Shown here one piece after another: positions 24,301 to 38,303 of a stretch of DNA of 64,000 nt; within the stretch, counting starts at the first letter, position 1; every line of letters begins with the position of its first letter. The DNA comes from Daphnia carinata. Lineage: Eukaryota. The translations under genes and the position numbers were made by a program. The DNA lies in NCBI RefSeq assembly GCF_022539665.2, contig NC_081333.1, positions 3,782,001-3,846,000 on the forward strand. Direction: 5' to 3'. The notes beneath the pieces were generated by a model, which worked only from the letters and a program-made list of their open reading frames with translations, was not told where the DNA came from and did not search any database.

Positions 24301-27300
24301 TTTTTTGCTCCTCTTATTGTCGTCTTTGAGAAGAGAAAGGATGGACTAGATAGTGGCGAATGTCTTTCAGCCAATAAAAGAGCCTACAAATGAATATGGA
24401 AAACGGTAAGACGAAAAGGCTAGGCGAAAGAATTGTTCCACCGTGCGACGAGATTGCGTTTGCAACAATCATTAACGTCACCATCTATTCGATGAATAAT
24501 GAAATAGAGACTGAAAAAGAAAAGGGCTGCACGATAAAACTGTTTTAAGACGCACTCAGACTAAGAACAAATAATGCAAGTGCAGCATTTGGAAAATGAC
24601 GGTTTGATTAAAAATTACCGATGTCGACGTGCAATCAAATGTCGATGGCCAGCAGCGATGCACAGAGCGAAAGACGCAAACATCTTAACAAATGCTGCTG
24701 GACAAATGGCTCATCAGCTCTTGTTGTATCCACCAGAGGTTTTTTTTTTTAAAAATATTAATTAAGTTTAAAAGTAAATGCACCGTTTAGATGACACCAT
24801 ACAATATAGAACGAATCACTTTCACTTAGACAATTAAATCATAGCGATAAATGCAGCGCGAGAACAAACCAAACAGACGGGCACGAATTGGAGCAGGTGT
24901 TCCCCGTTCAGAGAATCAACTGGAACTGGCCTTGTCTGACGATCGTTCCATAGCGCATCCCTCTTTTCCGATGCCCTTGGCGTAGAGACAGACAAGCTTC
25001 GTTGAATTTCGGTAGGATCGTTTGCGATGCGCAAGCTCCATACGTCCAGGTAAAATACAAAAATGTGTGTATACAACAAACTATGCATCCATGGAACTCA
25101 ACAAAAGAGGGGGGAAGGGTTTGCTCAATGTATTACAAGACATTGCATTTCAATTTGCGAGCCAAAAAGCTAATGGTCTCTAATTGTTCATCTGACGAAA
25201 GACTGCCAAAGCTGGAGATGCTGCGCTGCATTCATGAGATCTTAGTAAAATCCTCCCCTCTCTTTTTATTTTCAAATCAAACAAATGAGCTAATGATTCT
25301 TCTAAGATTCCGTCAGCTTTTGCCAATCTCTGTATGCGGCTTCGAATGTTTAATTTATTCGACTGGCAAACGTTGGAATATAAACTTGTCGGTGCACATT
25401 CAAAAATGATTGATTATGTAAATTCAAATGTTTAGGTTCTTAGATGAAATAACGCATGAACACTGTCATTAGCAGCTTATTTTTCGCTGTTAAGTTGTTT
25501 TATTCATATCGATCGAAACGTCTTGAAAACGTTGCTTGCCATAGGACTGTCGTTCACGTTCCTATTGGCGTGTTTAGCAGGTATTTACAAAGCCTTAGAG
25601 GACACGTAAAATCTTTAAACGCGTATACTAGTTTACTCCCGGCCGCCCATGTTTCCTTACTAGGCTCGTGTAGAGAGCGAAAATAAAAAGTAAAAACTTG
25701 TTGAATAATAAAAGAAGGGCGATTCATGTATTAGAAATATACTTGCACGACAGAAGCCTGGCCAAAAGCTTGTTTGTCGCCCGCTAGGGCTGTTAATGTC
25801 AACGGGCTATACTGTACCCATTGCACCAAGATATACGGGTATGCTCTTTGTTGTACCTCAGTTTTTCTTTTTACGTCCCTTTGTCTGTATTGCAAAGCCC
25901 GTATATGAACCCGACTAGTTTTTGGCCTTCTTTTCCGTTCTTTCAAATGCCAAAGTGATTTCGAGAAGCTAAACCTGATTACAATATAGCTCGATGACAT
26001 GTCAGATTGCGTGCCGTGACACGGCCTCTTTAAAACCCCGCGTGTTTCTATTCAGGTTAATAAGATTCAAGGTGGGAAAAAAATATTGTGTTGATTAACT
26101 TCTGTTTTCAACGGGTTTTATAAATATCATATGAGAAAAAGGGAACGTGTTATAAGAGTTTTGAATGCGCCACAGCACTCGGGCTCGTTCTCAACGACCT
26201 TTTTTTTTATTATTATGATGGCTGATTTGGGATCATGAATGGGATCGATGTCAACAGCGCGTGAATGGGGGCAAAAAGAAAATTGGCGGTATAGAAAATA
26301 AACAGAAATAGTGACACTGCTACGTGATTGCTGTATATCAGTGGCATTCTATATGTTCCTGTCAGCACCTTGTTAAGAATTGAGGCTGGATATTTTGCGC
26401 GACAGACTTGTGCGGTGTCAGTATTGTAATAGGATGCTGCTCCATTCTTTTTCTTTTTTCATTTACACGGGGTATTTATGTGTGTGTTAAACTCGATTTT
26501 ATATGCACGGGACGAGAGAATTCATTATGCAATTCAGTTTGATTCTTTGCCATCGACTTTTTTTTTTTTTGGAGACGGCCCAACAAGATGAGACCTTCGC
26601 TGTTTAGCACATCCACCTCCTTTTTTTTCCGTGACTGTAATTTATATTTCGCCAGCTGGCCTAATCTCTGTAAATCACGATGACACCGTGATTAGGATCA
26701 GTTGCGACATCAGTCGCGTGAAAATGTAGGTCAGCTCTACTTTTTTCGTGTTAGTTTTTACCCTGACTCAGTTGGCTGTTACCCCACTTTTTTAGCTGTG
26801 CCTGTTAACTATGATAAATATGGGAGTCACAAAGAACATAAATATTTTTCTCCTTGATGTATGTACTGATGATTATGCAATAACAGGATGATCAAACTCC
26901 CTTCTGAAGGAAACGCTCGTTATAAGGAAATATGTAAAAACATGCGCATACTGATTAAAGAAGTGCATGGTGTTTCTGCTTTGAAACGGGAGAATAATAA
27001 GGGTTCCTTCAGACGCTTAGGTTGTATGCGTAATTGGAAGCTGACATTCCAGGAAAGCAATGCGGTGTCGTAATGCCAAACTTGTCAGCACTGTTGACTA
27101 CTAAAGAACTAGCACGTCGTATTCAAACTGTTTTCATAGCTGAATATGCTGAACAACACAGACGATTTCCGACTCACCGAACACAACCGTTCTCCGCTGA
27201 GAATTCCAATTAAATACGGTGTATACTGTACGGTTAAGTTATCAGGCAATCCAATCAATCGTTCACTGATCTTTCGTTACGTGACATTGTCACATTGTTG

Positions 27301-27595
27301 ATGATAGCCACCATCACAAAATGCAACACTTAGCTTGATCAATAGAGCGTGGGCGTACGCTCATCTTAATCGGCTATAACACGGCCAGCTTATGAAAAAC
27401 CTTGAGCCGATTTTTGAAGCTGAAGGCACCTCATCCCTTCTTGTTTGCTAAAGAGCAAAGAATGCGAAATTGGATTGAAGCCACAGAACCAATTATCCCA
27501 AAAAGCTTCCGCGAACGTTTCGTCTTATAAACTGCATGTTTTATGATAACAGGTTCAAACAAAAGATTGCCAACGTGATTGCAGAAAACGTGTTA

Positions 27596-27601
27596 TTTAT
27601 T
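27596..27601 (-). promoter_or_regulatory. Candidate polyadenylation signal (AATAAA) of mXR copy B
   Basis: tttatt on + about 290 nt downstream of the copy B stop; position only. Confidence 0.35.
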
Positions 27602-27891
27602 GAACTACTCATTTAAAACTTGTGGCTAACACTATATAGCGTCATTCTGAATAGTGTACTATTTTTTTTAAATCTATATGTAAAATTGTACCGTCATTGG
27701 ATTTATTTACAGACTAGGATCGCACACGTCTGGAGCTTGTAAAGTGACGTCATACGCGATTGGATCAATCGAATTTTTCTAAATCGATCGTTTTATTCTT
27801 TTTTCTTTCATTGTGAAATGAAAAAGTGGATGGGAGGTTGGTGAATGCGTAATTTTCCAGGGCGCGTGTGCCGATGAAATAAAGAAATTTC

Positions 27892-30800
27892 TCATTCGTT
27901 CAACTGAATTCGTGAGGCGGAGAGGGCGCCGCCACTTGTCATCACGTCGACGATCAAGTCACTTTCATTGTCTTGACCAACTTCCGTCTTGAGCAGCTGT
28001 GGCTGAATCTGCTGATCTCCAGACGGTGACGCCATCGGTAATAATTGATTTTGCACAGCAGACAAAGCGACAAGCCCTTTGGCAGGTTCTGCCTCACTTG
28101 TTCCTAAGTTTTTTTAGTTTTTTAACGACAAAGCGGCCGTGCATTTTGAATTGAATGATTTAGGCAAATTGTCAATTTCCTTCTGATTGATGAATTCAAA
28201 TGTGAATGAAATTATACCGTTATTTTGGGCGTGCCCATTGTTAGAATGTGGATTATTCTTGGAATGACGGATCGACCCTTTAGACGTTGGCACCGTCAAA
28301 GCCTGATAAATGGAACATTTTGTATGTGAAACACAAGAAAGGGTGTCAACGGGGACAGTGATATTTTATAGCATTCTTCTTACTTGTCGAACGTTCCGTT
28401 CCGGATGGAAGATGATGATGTAAAGTTTCGGAGAAAAGAGGCAGGCCAGCGTGACGGTGGCGCTCAAACTGATGGTGACGCTCATGCTGGTGATCCTTAG
28501 CGGCAAATTACTCGCCGTACTGCCATCAGCCATCATATGCAAAAGAGAATTGAAATAGGAGGGGGGGGGGATAAGGATAATGGCGGTGCGTTTCACATAC
28601 AAGAGAGAAATCCAAAAGTTGGATGAATAAAAGAAACCTGAAGTAGATGGGCACAAAGGCCAGCCAGATGACGCACGTTGTGTACATGGTGAACCCAATG
28701 TACTTTGACTCGTTAAAGGCGGCCGGTATTTTGCGTGTCACGACGGCGTAGATGGTGCACAGGAGAATCAAAAGAATCGGATATGCAAACGCCTGTCCAC
28801 CAGTCGAGTAATCAAATATTAGAATAATGTTGCAGCAATGCATTATCAACTCGTTCCTTACCATCATGTAAGAAGCGTCGGTGAACGAGGAACAGACGAG
28901 CAGATTGTCCTCGCGTGTCGGGTGGACATGTTTAGCCACCGACGGAGAAACCCAGAGCCACGCTAGCAAAATGATTCCTATTCAAATAGATGCATGCAAC
29001 CTTTAACGTACTGATCAAACATAATACGCTCGAAATCTATAATAAAGAGGATAAAATTTGATGTCCCAAAACTCCCACACATCAAAACTTTGTTCTGCAG
29101 TAACGTATTCTTTTTCAACAACGAGTATGCTCCAATTCAATAGACACCATGGCAACAGATATGTCAATCCTAGACGACAACTATGTCGCAACAGTTCCAT
29201 TCGCCTTTAGAATTTGCAATAGCATCAGCCGGAATGTGCCGTTTGACTGTACGCAACTCATCCGTACGGAAATGTAGATATTCAAAATTCGGCGATATTC
29301 GCAAGAGCATATCATCATGCTTGCCATCATCGAACATAATTGTATTTCGGAGGGCACCAGTTTTGAACACAAGCCAAGCTGTTGTGTCCGAAGATGGCAA
29401 GCTGCTGCCAAAATTTTGATACAATTCGCAATAACATTCCAAAATGCGGATTTGATTTAAAAAAAAACCAATACTTGATGAAACAAGTCACACTTGTTCA
29501 GCAAAAGTGGCTTGAAATGCTCCTAACTGTTTAGCGCTGTTCTATTTTTTTTTTGGGCGCTAAGAGGGCTAGTTTTTTGGGCGCTAAGTTGGGGAGGCGT
29601 TTGTTCTGTCGCGTATGAAATTATGAAATTGAAAAATCAAACCTTGGACAGTGACCAAACCGCCGCAGATGGCCAACTGGGATTTAGGCGAGATGAGTCC
29701 CGGCCGTCCTGCGGACTTCTTGCCGCTCCGGAAGATTCTGGCGATGCGGTTTGTCTTTGTGAACAAGGCGGCGTAAACGACGCTGAAACAGAGTCCAATG
29801 GCCGTTTGTTGGACGCCGCAGACCACGTCGGTCGGTCGCAGGACGAATAAGAATGAGACCATGTAGCAGAGCAGGATCCCGCTGAGCAAAACGTAGCTCA
29901 GTTCCCGTCCGGAAGCCCGCACCACTGGCGTGTCATTGTGTTGACAAAACACACCTAAAACCTGCAATTGTGGATTTCAAGCGTCTTTCGTTATGCATTT
30001 TTATTCAAAAAATAAATGTGGGTATTTTACTGCGAAGGTGAGCAGGATGCCAACAGCCGAAAATGACATGGCTCCAATGGCCCATCCGGTGTCAGGTCGA
30101 AGGTAAACCTCGGGAATGGCTAGACATTGACTCCGTTCCGCATTCGGTAGAGTGCCTTGCGGGCAAGCTAAGCATTGCGTTTCATCATCCGGATTCCGTA
30201 TCTGTTTCAAAAGGAATAGTTACAAGTTGTTATAGAACCTTGTTCCAGATGGCGTGGCCATGCTCTTCTTCTCAGACAGTTTGTTACTGATTCATCGACC
30301 TGCACCACCAGTTCGTATACCCCGTTTCCTCAGTAAACGTTCACTGGGGGGAAATTGATTTCAAATCTCCTCCTCACAACACACATCGACTTCTCACAAT
30401 GTCTGACGGCAATTTAATTCCACCTTCTCGAACAATTTTCCGCATTCGGCTGTTCAAATAATATCGTACTCTAGCTGCGCTGGTTCAGCCGCCCGCGATG
30501 GGCCTCAAGTTCACGCAGGGCTCTACAGATAGTGAACGTAAACACACATGCAAACGTGGAATACCTGATAGCTGATGCATTCGACGCACGTCCAGCAGCA
30601 ACCTTCGCCTTCCACGTACTTTTTCGCCTGCGAAGCGTTGCACGGCCGGCTGCAAATAGATTCCGGCTGCATCACCTGATCCCCGCGGAATAGAAGCTCT
30701 TCTAGCAGCGTTTGAAAATCCAACATGTCAAAAAACAAACGATAAAACAAAAATCAGATGATAGTCTTATTTCGTCAGCAGCGGTTGCCCAGTGAAATAT

Positions 30801-33800
30801 TATTAAGGATATATCAACTGATTTCAAAAGGGGGGATGCTGACAGTAGGTATAGTGCAAAGACTCGCAACCAATTGTGTAAAGAAGGATCGAAATAATAC
30901 TACTAAAGAAGGTAGCGGCCATTAATTCTAGGTATTAGATATTAAAGAGCATGTCTTCTTTTTTTTAAATACCAATAAGAGAACCGTTTCACCAGAAGTC
31001 TTGTTAGTATAATCCCCCTAGCATTAATGCGTATACCATAGTCCGACGTTATCTGCATTGTTTGATTAGCTAACGACTTCAGTTTTGAAAAAAAAAGAAT
31101 AACTTGAGAGCGGATAGCCCACTACTGGACAGTAAAGAGAAACAACGCTGGGCAGTTACAGCTGGGCAAGATTGTGGGCGAGGATCTACAGAGAGCAATA
31201 AATTACCGTTCTCATCGAGTTTTAGTTGTCCCGAGTGGTACTCGCCAACTCGCAGCCATCGATATCGACCGGCAGAGACTTGCTTGAAATGAATTAAATC
31301 GTAGCGGGCAGGGCCGTCACCATAATCGTCAAATTGGAAACGATCGCCACTCAATCCTGTCGAAATACATTGTTCGATACAGAGGTTGAATTATGACATC
31401 ATTCTTTACCCCAAAGGGATTCAAAATTTGAATACGATTACACACAACAGTTTATACTATTTGATTAATAGCCGGCGTGCAATTTCTGGAAATAACATCA
31501 ACAAGAAATGGATAGCACTTACCTGTGAATTCGACTCGCCTCAGGTATTTGAGCAATTCACTTCCATCTATGGGCACCATTTCTTTGCACAGACCACGTT
31601 GGCCTTTGCAAACCGTCTGATGCATGTCCCTTTAAAATGCAATTGGGAAAGGTATAGAAAATTATTTAAATGTTCCTCAGGTTCTTTGTCTTTTGATTCT
31701 TAGAAAGACGAGGATGGGTTGGTAAGCGAGAAAAACGAATGTCCCATGATCTTTTTCGGAGAAAATTCAGCTGAATGGCATTTGTTTTCGACATTGTCCA
31801 CTTACTACAGGAAGACGAAAATAATTTTCCGAGAAATTGCATAGCGTACCCATCCCGAGATCTGTTAGTTTCTTATCTATTCGTTATCCTCTTGTCCTAT
31901 TGATCCATTTACTTCTTTTCCCTTTATTTTATGTCCTCGCCCACGATAGCTAGTCTATATGTTGACCAATCACTAGGCCTTCAACCGAATCAGTGGGCAT
32001 CTACGTTCGCCTGATTAACTACCGTGCAGTTTGAATACTAATGGGCAAAATGGACGTGATATTGTCCGTTAGCTTTGACCGGGGGAGGGGGCAGTGGAAG
32101 AATTGTAGACGTTATAGAATAGGAACCCAGTTGATGTCTATTGGTTTCCGTATTGGATTTACTTGAAAGCATTGGCGAAAGCCATGACAGCGTCGGAGAC
32201 GTATTGCAATTGTCCTTCGAATTCGGTTCCTTCAGGGGTGAGTTTCTCTCGACCCGTGCACGTCCTTTGCCAATTCTGCGGAATAGAAGAAATGGCTTAG
32301 CGAAGACAGGCAAAAACTTGGATTGCAGCCAGATGACCGGATGCTTTTATTTTAATGGTTGAGTACGAATGCATCGTTCCAAAGAGCTTACCTGGTTGTA
32401 GGGAGTTGGTGGACTGGACGGGTACCGACACTGGAAATGGTTTTCCCAGAATTCTGTCAATGATATTCAGACAATGAAATGCTACCTTTTGTCCATTCAA
32501 TTGAAATTTGAACTATGTTACTTCTAAACAAGTAATTGCGTGTTGAAACAAAAGAACAAGGGTAGAATGACGTAGTGAAAGACAATCTCCCAGGAAGACA
32601 TCCCCCCTCGAGAAATGAATGAAGAAAGAATAATTTTCGATAGAAAGACTCACCAATGAACCAGGGATTGCGTTTGTTATTGAGCGGCGTGAGCGAGAGA
32701 AAGTAATTATCGAATCCCCTAACGGGATGAGCTTGCGGAAGAAAAGCCAAAGTGCCCTCGACCTCTTGCTCGTTGCCTTCGGAGACCAGCAGACGTCCGG
32801 CCCATCCGTCTGAGCCGATCCAGTTGAAATTGGCCGTCAGATTGTTGCGTCGGACGGCTCTCATCACACCCGACACCTCCTGATCTGAGCCGAAGATGAT
32901 GACACCTTTGGCTTTGGGTTTCGAGTTCAACTTGTGAACGATGCCATTGTAGGCCGCTTCGCCGGCCACGCCCGAATCCTTCACCAGCCGCTCCTTGACG
33001 GCGATACAAATGTTGTTCTTGGCCAGCAGCACTTCCAACTCCTCAAATGCCTACAGAAAATTGCTTTCATGTGAGTGTCTAGATCCAGTAATACCGGGTC
33101 AATATTGACAGCACAAATTGCATTCGCAGTTTTCTTACAACTGTCGCTATATAAACAGCAAGGGCCTTTGTTGTTATCATCCGAGCCTACGGTATGTTTG
33201 CGCAGTTTATCTTTGCATACATGGGTGTTTGCACCACACACTGTATAGGCACACCCTATGGTGTGCTTGTCATTCCCGAAGTGCCATCCGTCACAACACG
33301 CAATGTTGACGGTACCAGAGGCCAATCAAACATTTCTCTTTACGCGACGATGAACGTGGACGAGGTTAAACAAATATTGACATTCATCATCGTATTTTTT
33401 TATTCTTTACTCAACATGCTCACCATCCATTGCTAGTGTATGGGAAACACGGCAGTTCTTCACGATTTTCTTTACATTCCGCCCGACAACCTAGAACTCT
33501 AAATCCAACTAGATCCCCACCCAGATGCCCAATCACATTTTCTTTTTAAGTAAAACTAAACGGCTTGAAAAGAAAAATGCGTCTAGTAACTCGAAAGGTG
33601 AGGCTAATGTTGGCTGGCAGTCGATACTCGCGATTTAACGACGACGATAAAGAACTATCGATCGCTAAGAATGGTGGATACATTCCCGAATTCCTCTATC
33701 TATCCAAACCTGCGAATGCTTCCGTCTAGTGACCAGAAAAGTGTAAGAAATTCAAGACGATAAAAGCAAAGAAATCTATATCCCAATAGCTTCGCTATGA

Positions 33801-35741
33801 CGGTCCGGTTCTGAGTGCTCAGTTGCATCGACTGGAACAAAGGCAACATAAAAAAGAAAAAGGTTCAGACAGAAGGAGAGAGAGAAAGAGGGAGGCTCTT
33901 TAGCAAGAGAACGTCCCGTGAAGTTATTTTATGGGTCTGCAGTCCTAACTTCTCTACGTAAGGTATAGCGATAGTTTTCTTATTCTGAACGTCCCCAGTT
34001 TCCGCTATGGTAATTGCACATGGACGTAGAAGATAATCTGAAGGAAACTGCACTTTTTCAAGAGTGTGGTGCTTATTTCCATCAACGGGGATTTATAAAA
34101 CATTCATTAGTGTCTCTTTAGAAATGATTCCGACTGCCCTGCTCGACTGGTAAGGCTTTCCAAGGAAAGATTCCATTAATTGAATCTTGACGACATGCTG
34201 TCAGTTGCACGGCCTATCCAGGGATCGTTCCTTTTCACAGCGGCAGAGTAAAACGAAAACTTTTGCCATCTCTACAGCGTGTATAAAGCCTTCGCTAACA
34301 CCAGCATAATCAATGAATCTTGGATATTTAAAAAAAAAACACGTAAAGTGTAGATACTGCATTATGTAAGGCAGCTTACCTTGATACCGTACGTGGACTC
34401 TTCGTAGAGGATGGAAATGTAAGTCCATTTGAGGAAACGGATGATTTGCACGATGGCCATCACCTGGTGATGATCAGAGGGAATAGTCCGAGTGAAGTAT
34501 TCGAAGCGTTGCTTGTTACTCAGCTCGGGACTCGACGAGAAGAAGGAAACCTTTTAACAGCCACGAGCCGTAAACATCAAAGCCCACCCCCCAAAAAAGA
34601 AGTGTTACGTTTGTTGTTAATAATAAAACACACCGGATATACAGAAAAAGGTATGAATCACCTGGGGGATCCTAAAAAGACGCAAAAGATTTGCCACCTG
34701 GATGGACGTTACTGAAGACGAGGCGCCCACAACACCGGAGATGACTTTATTCCTTACATCCGGCACAGTTCCATCAAGACATTTGTAATCGGTGTCGTCG
34801 ATATTACTTATAGAACCTGCACAAGTCAGCCAAAATTAGATCAACATTATACGTTGCTGTAACGCTCTGTTTACTAACTATAACCACTATGAATAGCAAT
34901 TTCCTAGAAATAAGCCAAACTCATAAAAATTGCATTCCTTATGCAGCAGTATGAAACTCTATTCACGAAGAGTTTATTCTCAGTTTTTAAAAACGTCAGC
35001 ACTTGGAACAAAAGGTTGTGTGAATCCTTACACTATACGTCCAATCCGAATTGGTAAACATCAGGTGATCTGCAAAGTACTCTGAACTTATGTCCAAAGT
35101 GTTCATTAATGGGTAATACCAAATTCAGTACATTGAGAAGCGGAACTCGGGGTTTCAAGAGAGTTGCGCAGAACTCATAAGTTTGCCAAATGAAACATTA
35201 AAAAAAGATGATTGCAGTACAAACGGACGTTGTGAGCTTAACTTTCATTTTTTTTTTCAAAGCCATTTTTAAAAGCATACCTTTAACGAAAGCGACAGCC
35301 TGTTCCAGTCCGTAAGTGTCTTTGTCGCAGTCGTCGAGGATGTGAGCTCCGATAGTGAAACCGGCCGTGCTGGACAGGATCGGATTGATTTGATCGATGG
35401 TGAACAACATCGTCTCCAAGGCCTTTCCAATTTTTTATTTCCCAACCCAACGTTTGCAATGAATTTTTTTTTCCGATAATTCGTGAATGAAAATGTGTTA
35501 CCTGAATGCCACCTTGTGGCATGACAGGCCCGCAGGTGATGTCATCTTGTCTTTCGTGAATCATCATGAGACCCCCGAGGATGAGATCCCCTTCCACTTC
35601 AGACGCTTTTTTCGTTGGCCAAGTGAAATTGAACGGTGGTCTCGAGTTTGGCGTCACATGAAGCTGGCCAACGACCGTCAAAGGCATCGCCATCATTATT
35701 AAGATAAACGTCCGGAAGGACGACCATTGGTAATGCGACAT
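27892..35741 (-). CDS. mtt: Class C GPCR, mXR/mangetout-like receptor, copy B (~955 aa, 17 coding exons, shortened C-tail)
   Basis: Exons: 35741-35502, 35422-35281, 34816-34662, 34550-34380, 33050-32654, 32453-32392, 32275-32163, 31629-31523, 31356-31207, 30701-30565, 30201-30031, 29961-29643, 28977-28862, 28792-28638, 28519-28384, 28302-28218, 28103-27892 (2868 nt). Intron phases match A and C; exons 2-15 match C in length. The last exon ([22 protein letters not shown]...[35 protein letters not shown]) is homologous to the A/C tail but stops early. Confidence 0.88.
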
Positions 35742-38303
35742 TTTTAGTTTTCTTCTTCTGTTTTTCCTTTTTTTTTTACAGTCCCACAATATCTGATGAC
35801 ACTAGTCTCTTCGTTTGTGTAAATTCTTGTTTTCTTATAAGCTTCCGGAGCTCCGTCGTCGTCTCAGCTGTCGTTAGCCTTCAGCGGTTCCGGAGCAGCT
35901 CCCAAACGAAGCAACGTCCGACGAGAACAAAGATCTTAGACAAAATCCTAAATAAAACAAGAAAGAAACAAGACAGTTGTTAACCTACAAGACTTTACGT
36001 GATATTCTTACAGTGTTATTCGCCTATGCAATCAGCTTCAACTTGACTGCTTCCTTCTTAATGCAATCCAATCATTTGCAAACTGTTTTCGTATTCGTAG
36101 ATTTCTACTTACGTCCTAAGCGATTCAATAACTTTCGTCCTTCAGGTGCGATGGAGTCAACAACCTGATCCGACAGTGTGTTACTTATACGTGATGTAAC
36201 GACGGCAACCATATGGTCTTACCGCACGCGTGAAACGTTCACGCTTAAAAACTATTCCAGATAAAATGCGGTCAATACGACAACAAAAAAACGATCAGTT
36301 ACTGCCATTTGCATATAGCGGGTTTTTGGAAGAAGTCTCTCCTAATTGATTTCTGAAAAAATCTAATGCAAAAGGTTGAATGTGGTTTTAATTCCCTTCC
36401 GCTGAAATGCCCCCCTTTGCCACACAAAATCAGCTGCTTAATTTCGCAGAATATTCATGTCCTTCCTTTTGCACGAATTTAGATTTTGCTTCGGTCTTTG
36501 CCAATCTTAATTGCTACACCGTCAGTAAAGGGTAGAGAGCTTATCGAGATATTGATTTTCTCTTTTAAAGGCATAAGTTTCTCTAATGACGCATTAAACG
36601 AACAAAAGAATCGAAACAAAAGCCGACAGATGGGCTGTTCAAAACGGCCAGAAAGGTAAAGATGGAGCTGAGTGTTGCAGAAAAACAAGAGACGCGTTCA
36701 TCGCCATCAGATCATTCGTTTGTAAGACTTCTGTTTGCCTATTGTTAAAGATAAATACGAGTCTAGTGATGCTCGAAATTCGCGAAAGTGCTTAAGGTAT
36801 TCATTTCTGATATGCATCTTGCATTTGCAATTCAAATGGAACGATATGGTGGATGTCGTCCTTGTTTTTGGACAACAGAAAACCGAAGCGGATATTGCTG
36901 TTCATCAGAGCTTCAGCCAGAAGCTTATCGAATGTCGTCTTTGTCACACAGGCCAGAAAAAAAAAGAAATCGATTTTTTTAGAGATGTCCGCGTCACGAA
37001 AGCGATCGTAAACGAAACAATCTGTTGTGTTAGCATACAAGCGTTTTGTTTCATGGCTGATGTTATCATCACGAAAGTAAAGGCAAGCAATCAAAAGCGA
37101 TAGGCTCTGACAGCTCCCACACGATGACAATAACGTAAACTTAATCTCCTTTTGGTTGGTGCCTTATGGTGTTACAACATGACGTGTATTGGCTCACACT
37201 TTTAAAGCTCTGTAACTAGTCAAACAAAAAATACATAAGGTCTTAACAGTAATAATAAAAAAAAGGGGGCGAAATACAGAAGGGCCGAAAAGCTTAGTGT
37301 CTATTTACTTTCTTTTTGAAATTTCTTTCTTTTTATTGATCAACAGCAAATAATCGCATCTTATTCATTCGTCCGGCAGGATGTGAAATCTTCTTTTGCG
37401 AAGGGGATTTTTCGGATTGATTTATTTCACGCGCTGTAACGGCCATCATATTCCATTTTCACACACTTGCGCCAATATTTAAATTCGTTCGTCGGCACAA
37501 TTGCGGTACGTGTTGTACGTCCCGATGTTGGAATCGATTTGGCCTTTGCCGATGATCTATAGCCAGGCGCACATTTTGCCCTTTCAATGATACCACAGCT
37601 GTTAGATAGCTGATGGTATAAATCTGATAGCGTATAGCTATTACACTCGCCTAACAATGGGCAGCCATCACAAACGACGGGATGTGATTCTGATTGAAGA
37701 TACAGAACGAACGCCATGTTTACCAGGGTCATCCCCATCGTTTCGTGTCTACTTATTCTTGGCCAACCGTCATCATCCGCTCAATCACCGGGAAGGTTGT
37801 TTGCTCGGCGTATAGTAACACAACAATTGTGGTTATATCTGTCCTTTTCTTTTATTCTTTTCTTGTGTTTCGGTGTGTTTTTACCGGAGCCGCTGATAAT
37901 GCATGCATTATACTAGAGCGCATCGATTTGAAAATAAAAGAAACGCCTTATCAAGTTGATCCTTGAGGACGATCCTGCCGAGAAGATCAAATGGAAAAGA
38001 CGGAGAGAATTTCAAAACAACATCAGTAAACATCAAGGATTCACGTCAGCAGCTATCGCAGCTCACGAATTTTAGACGCCTTTCACGCGCTTTGACTTGT
38101 ATATCGCATTTTGATCTGCGTGGCCCTACGCAAACATGACGGCAGCTATTGACAATAATAAAAATGTAAAAGGATTTTATTCGGCGTCAAGTCTTTTTAA
38201 GATAGAAAAAGAAAAAATTGAAGAAGATCTAACAGAATTTTTTATGTCATCTATTTTTGTTTTACGTTGCCGTAGATGCGCATCATAACAAGAACTTAGA
38301 GGA

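Noticed and set aside
28183..28217. Nearer acceptor (cag at 28183) for B's last exon, giving EGN-stop
   Set aside because: The intron would be only 35 nt, and the acceptor at 28104 yields a tail homologous to A and C.
27892..35741. Copy B as a pseudogene
   Set aside because: All 17 exons have intact splice sites and frame, and differences are mostly synonymous; only the distal tail is shortened.
37427..37738. ORF containing HPVVCDGCPLLG, resembling the start of a ZZ zinc finger
   Set aside because: The remaining Cys/His ligands are absent and no exon structure supports it.
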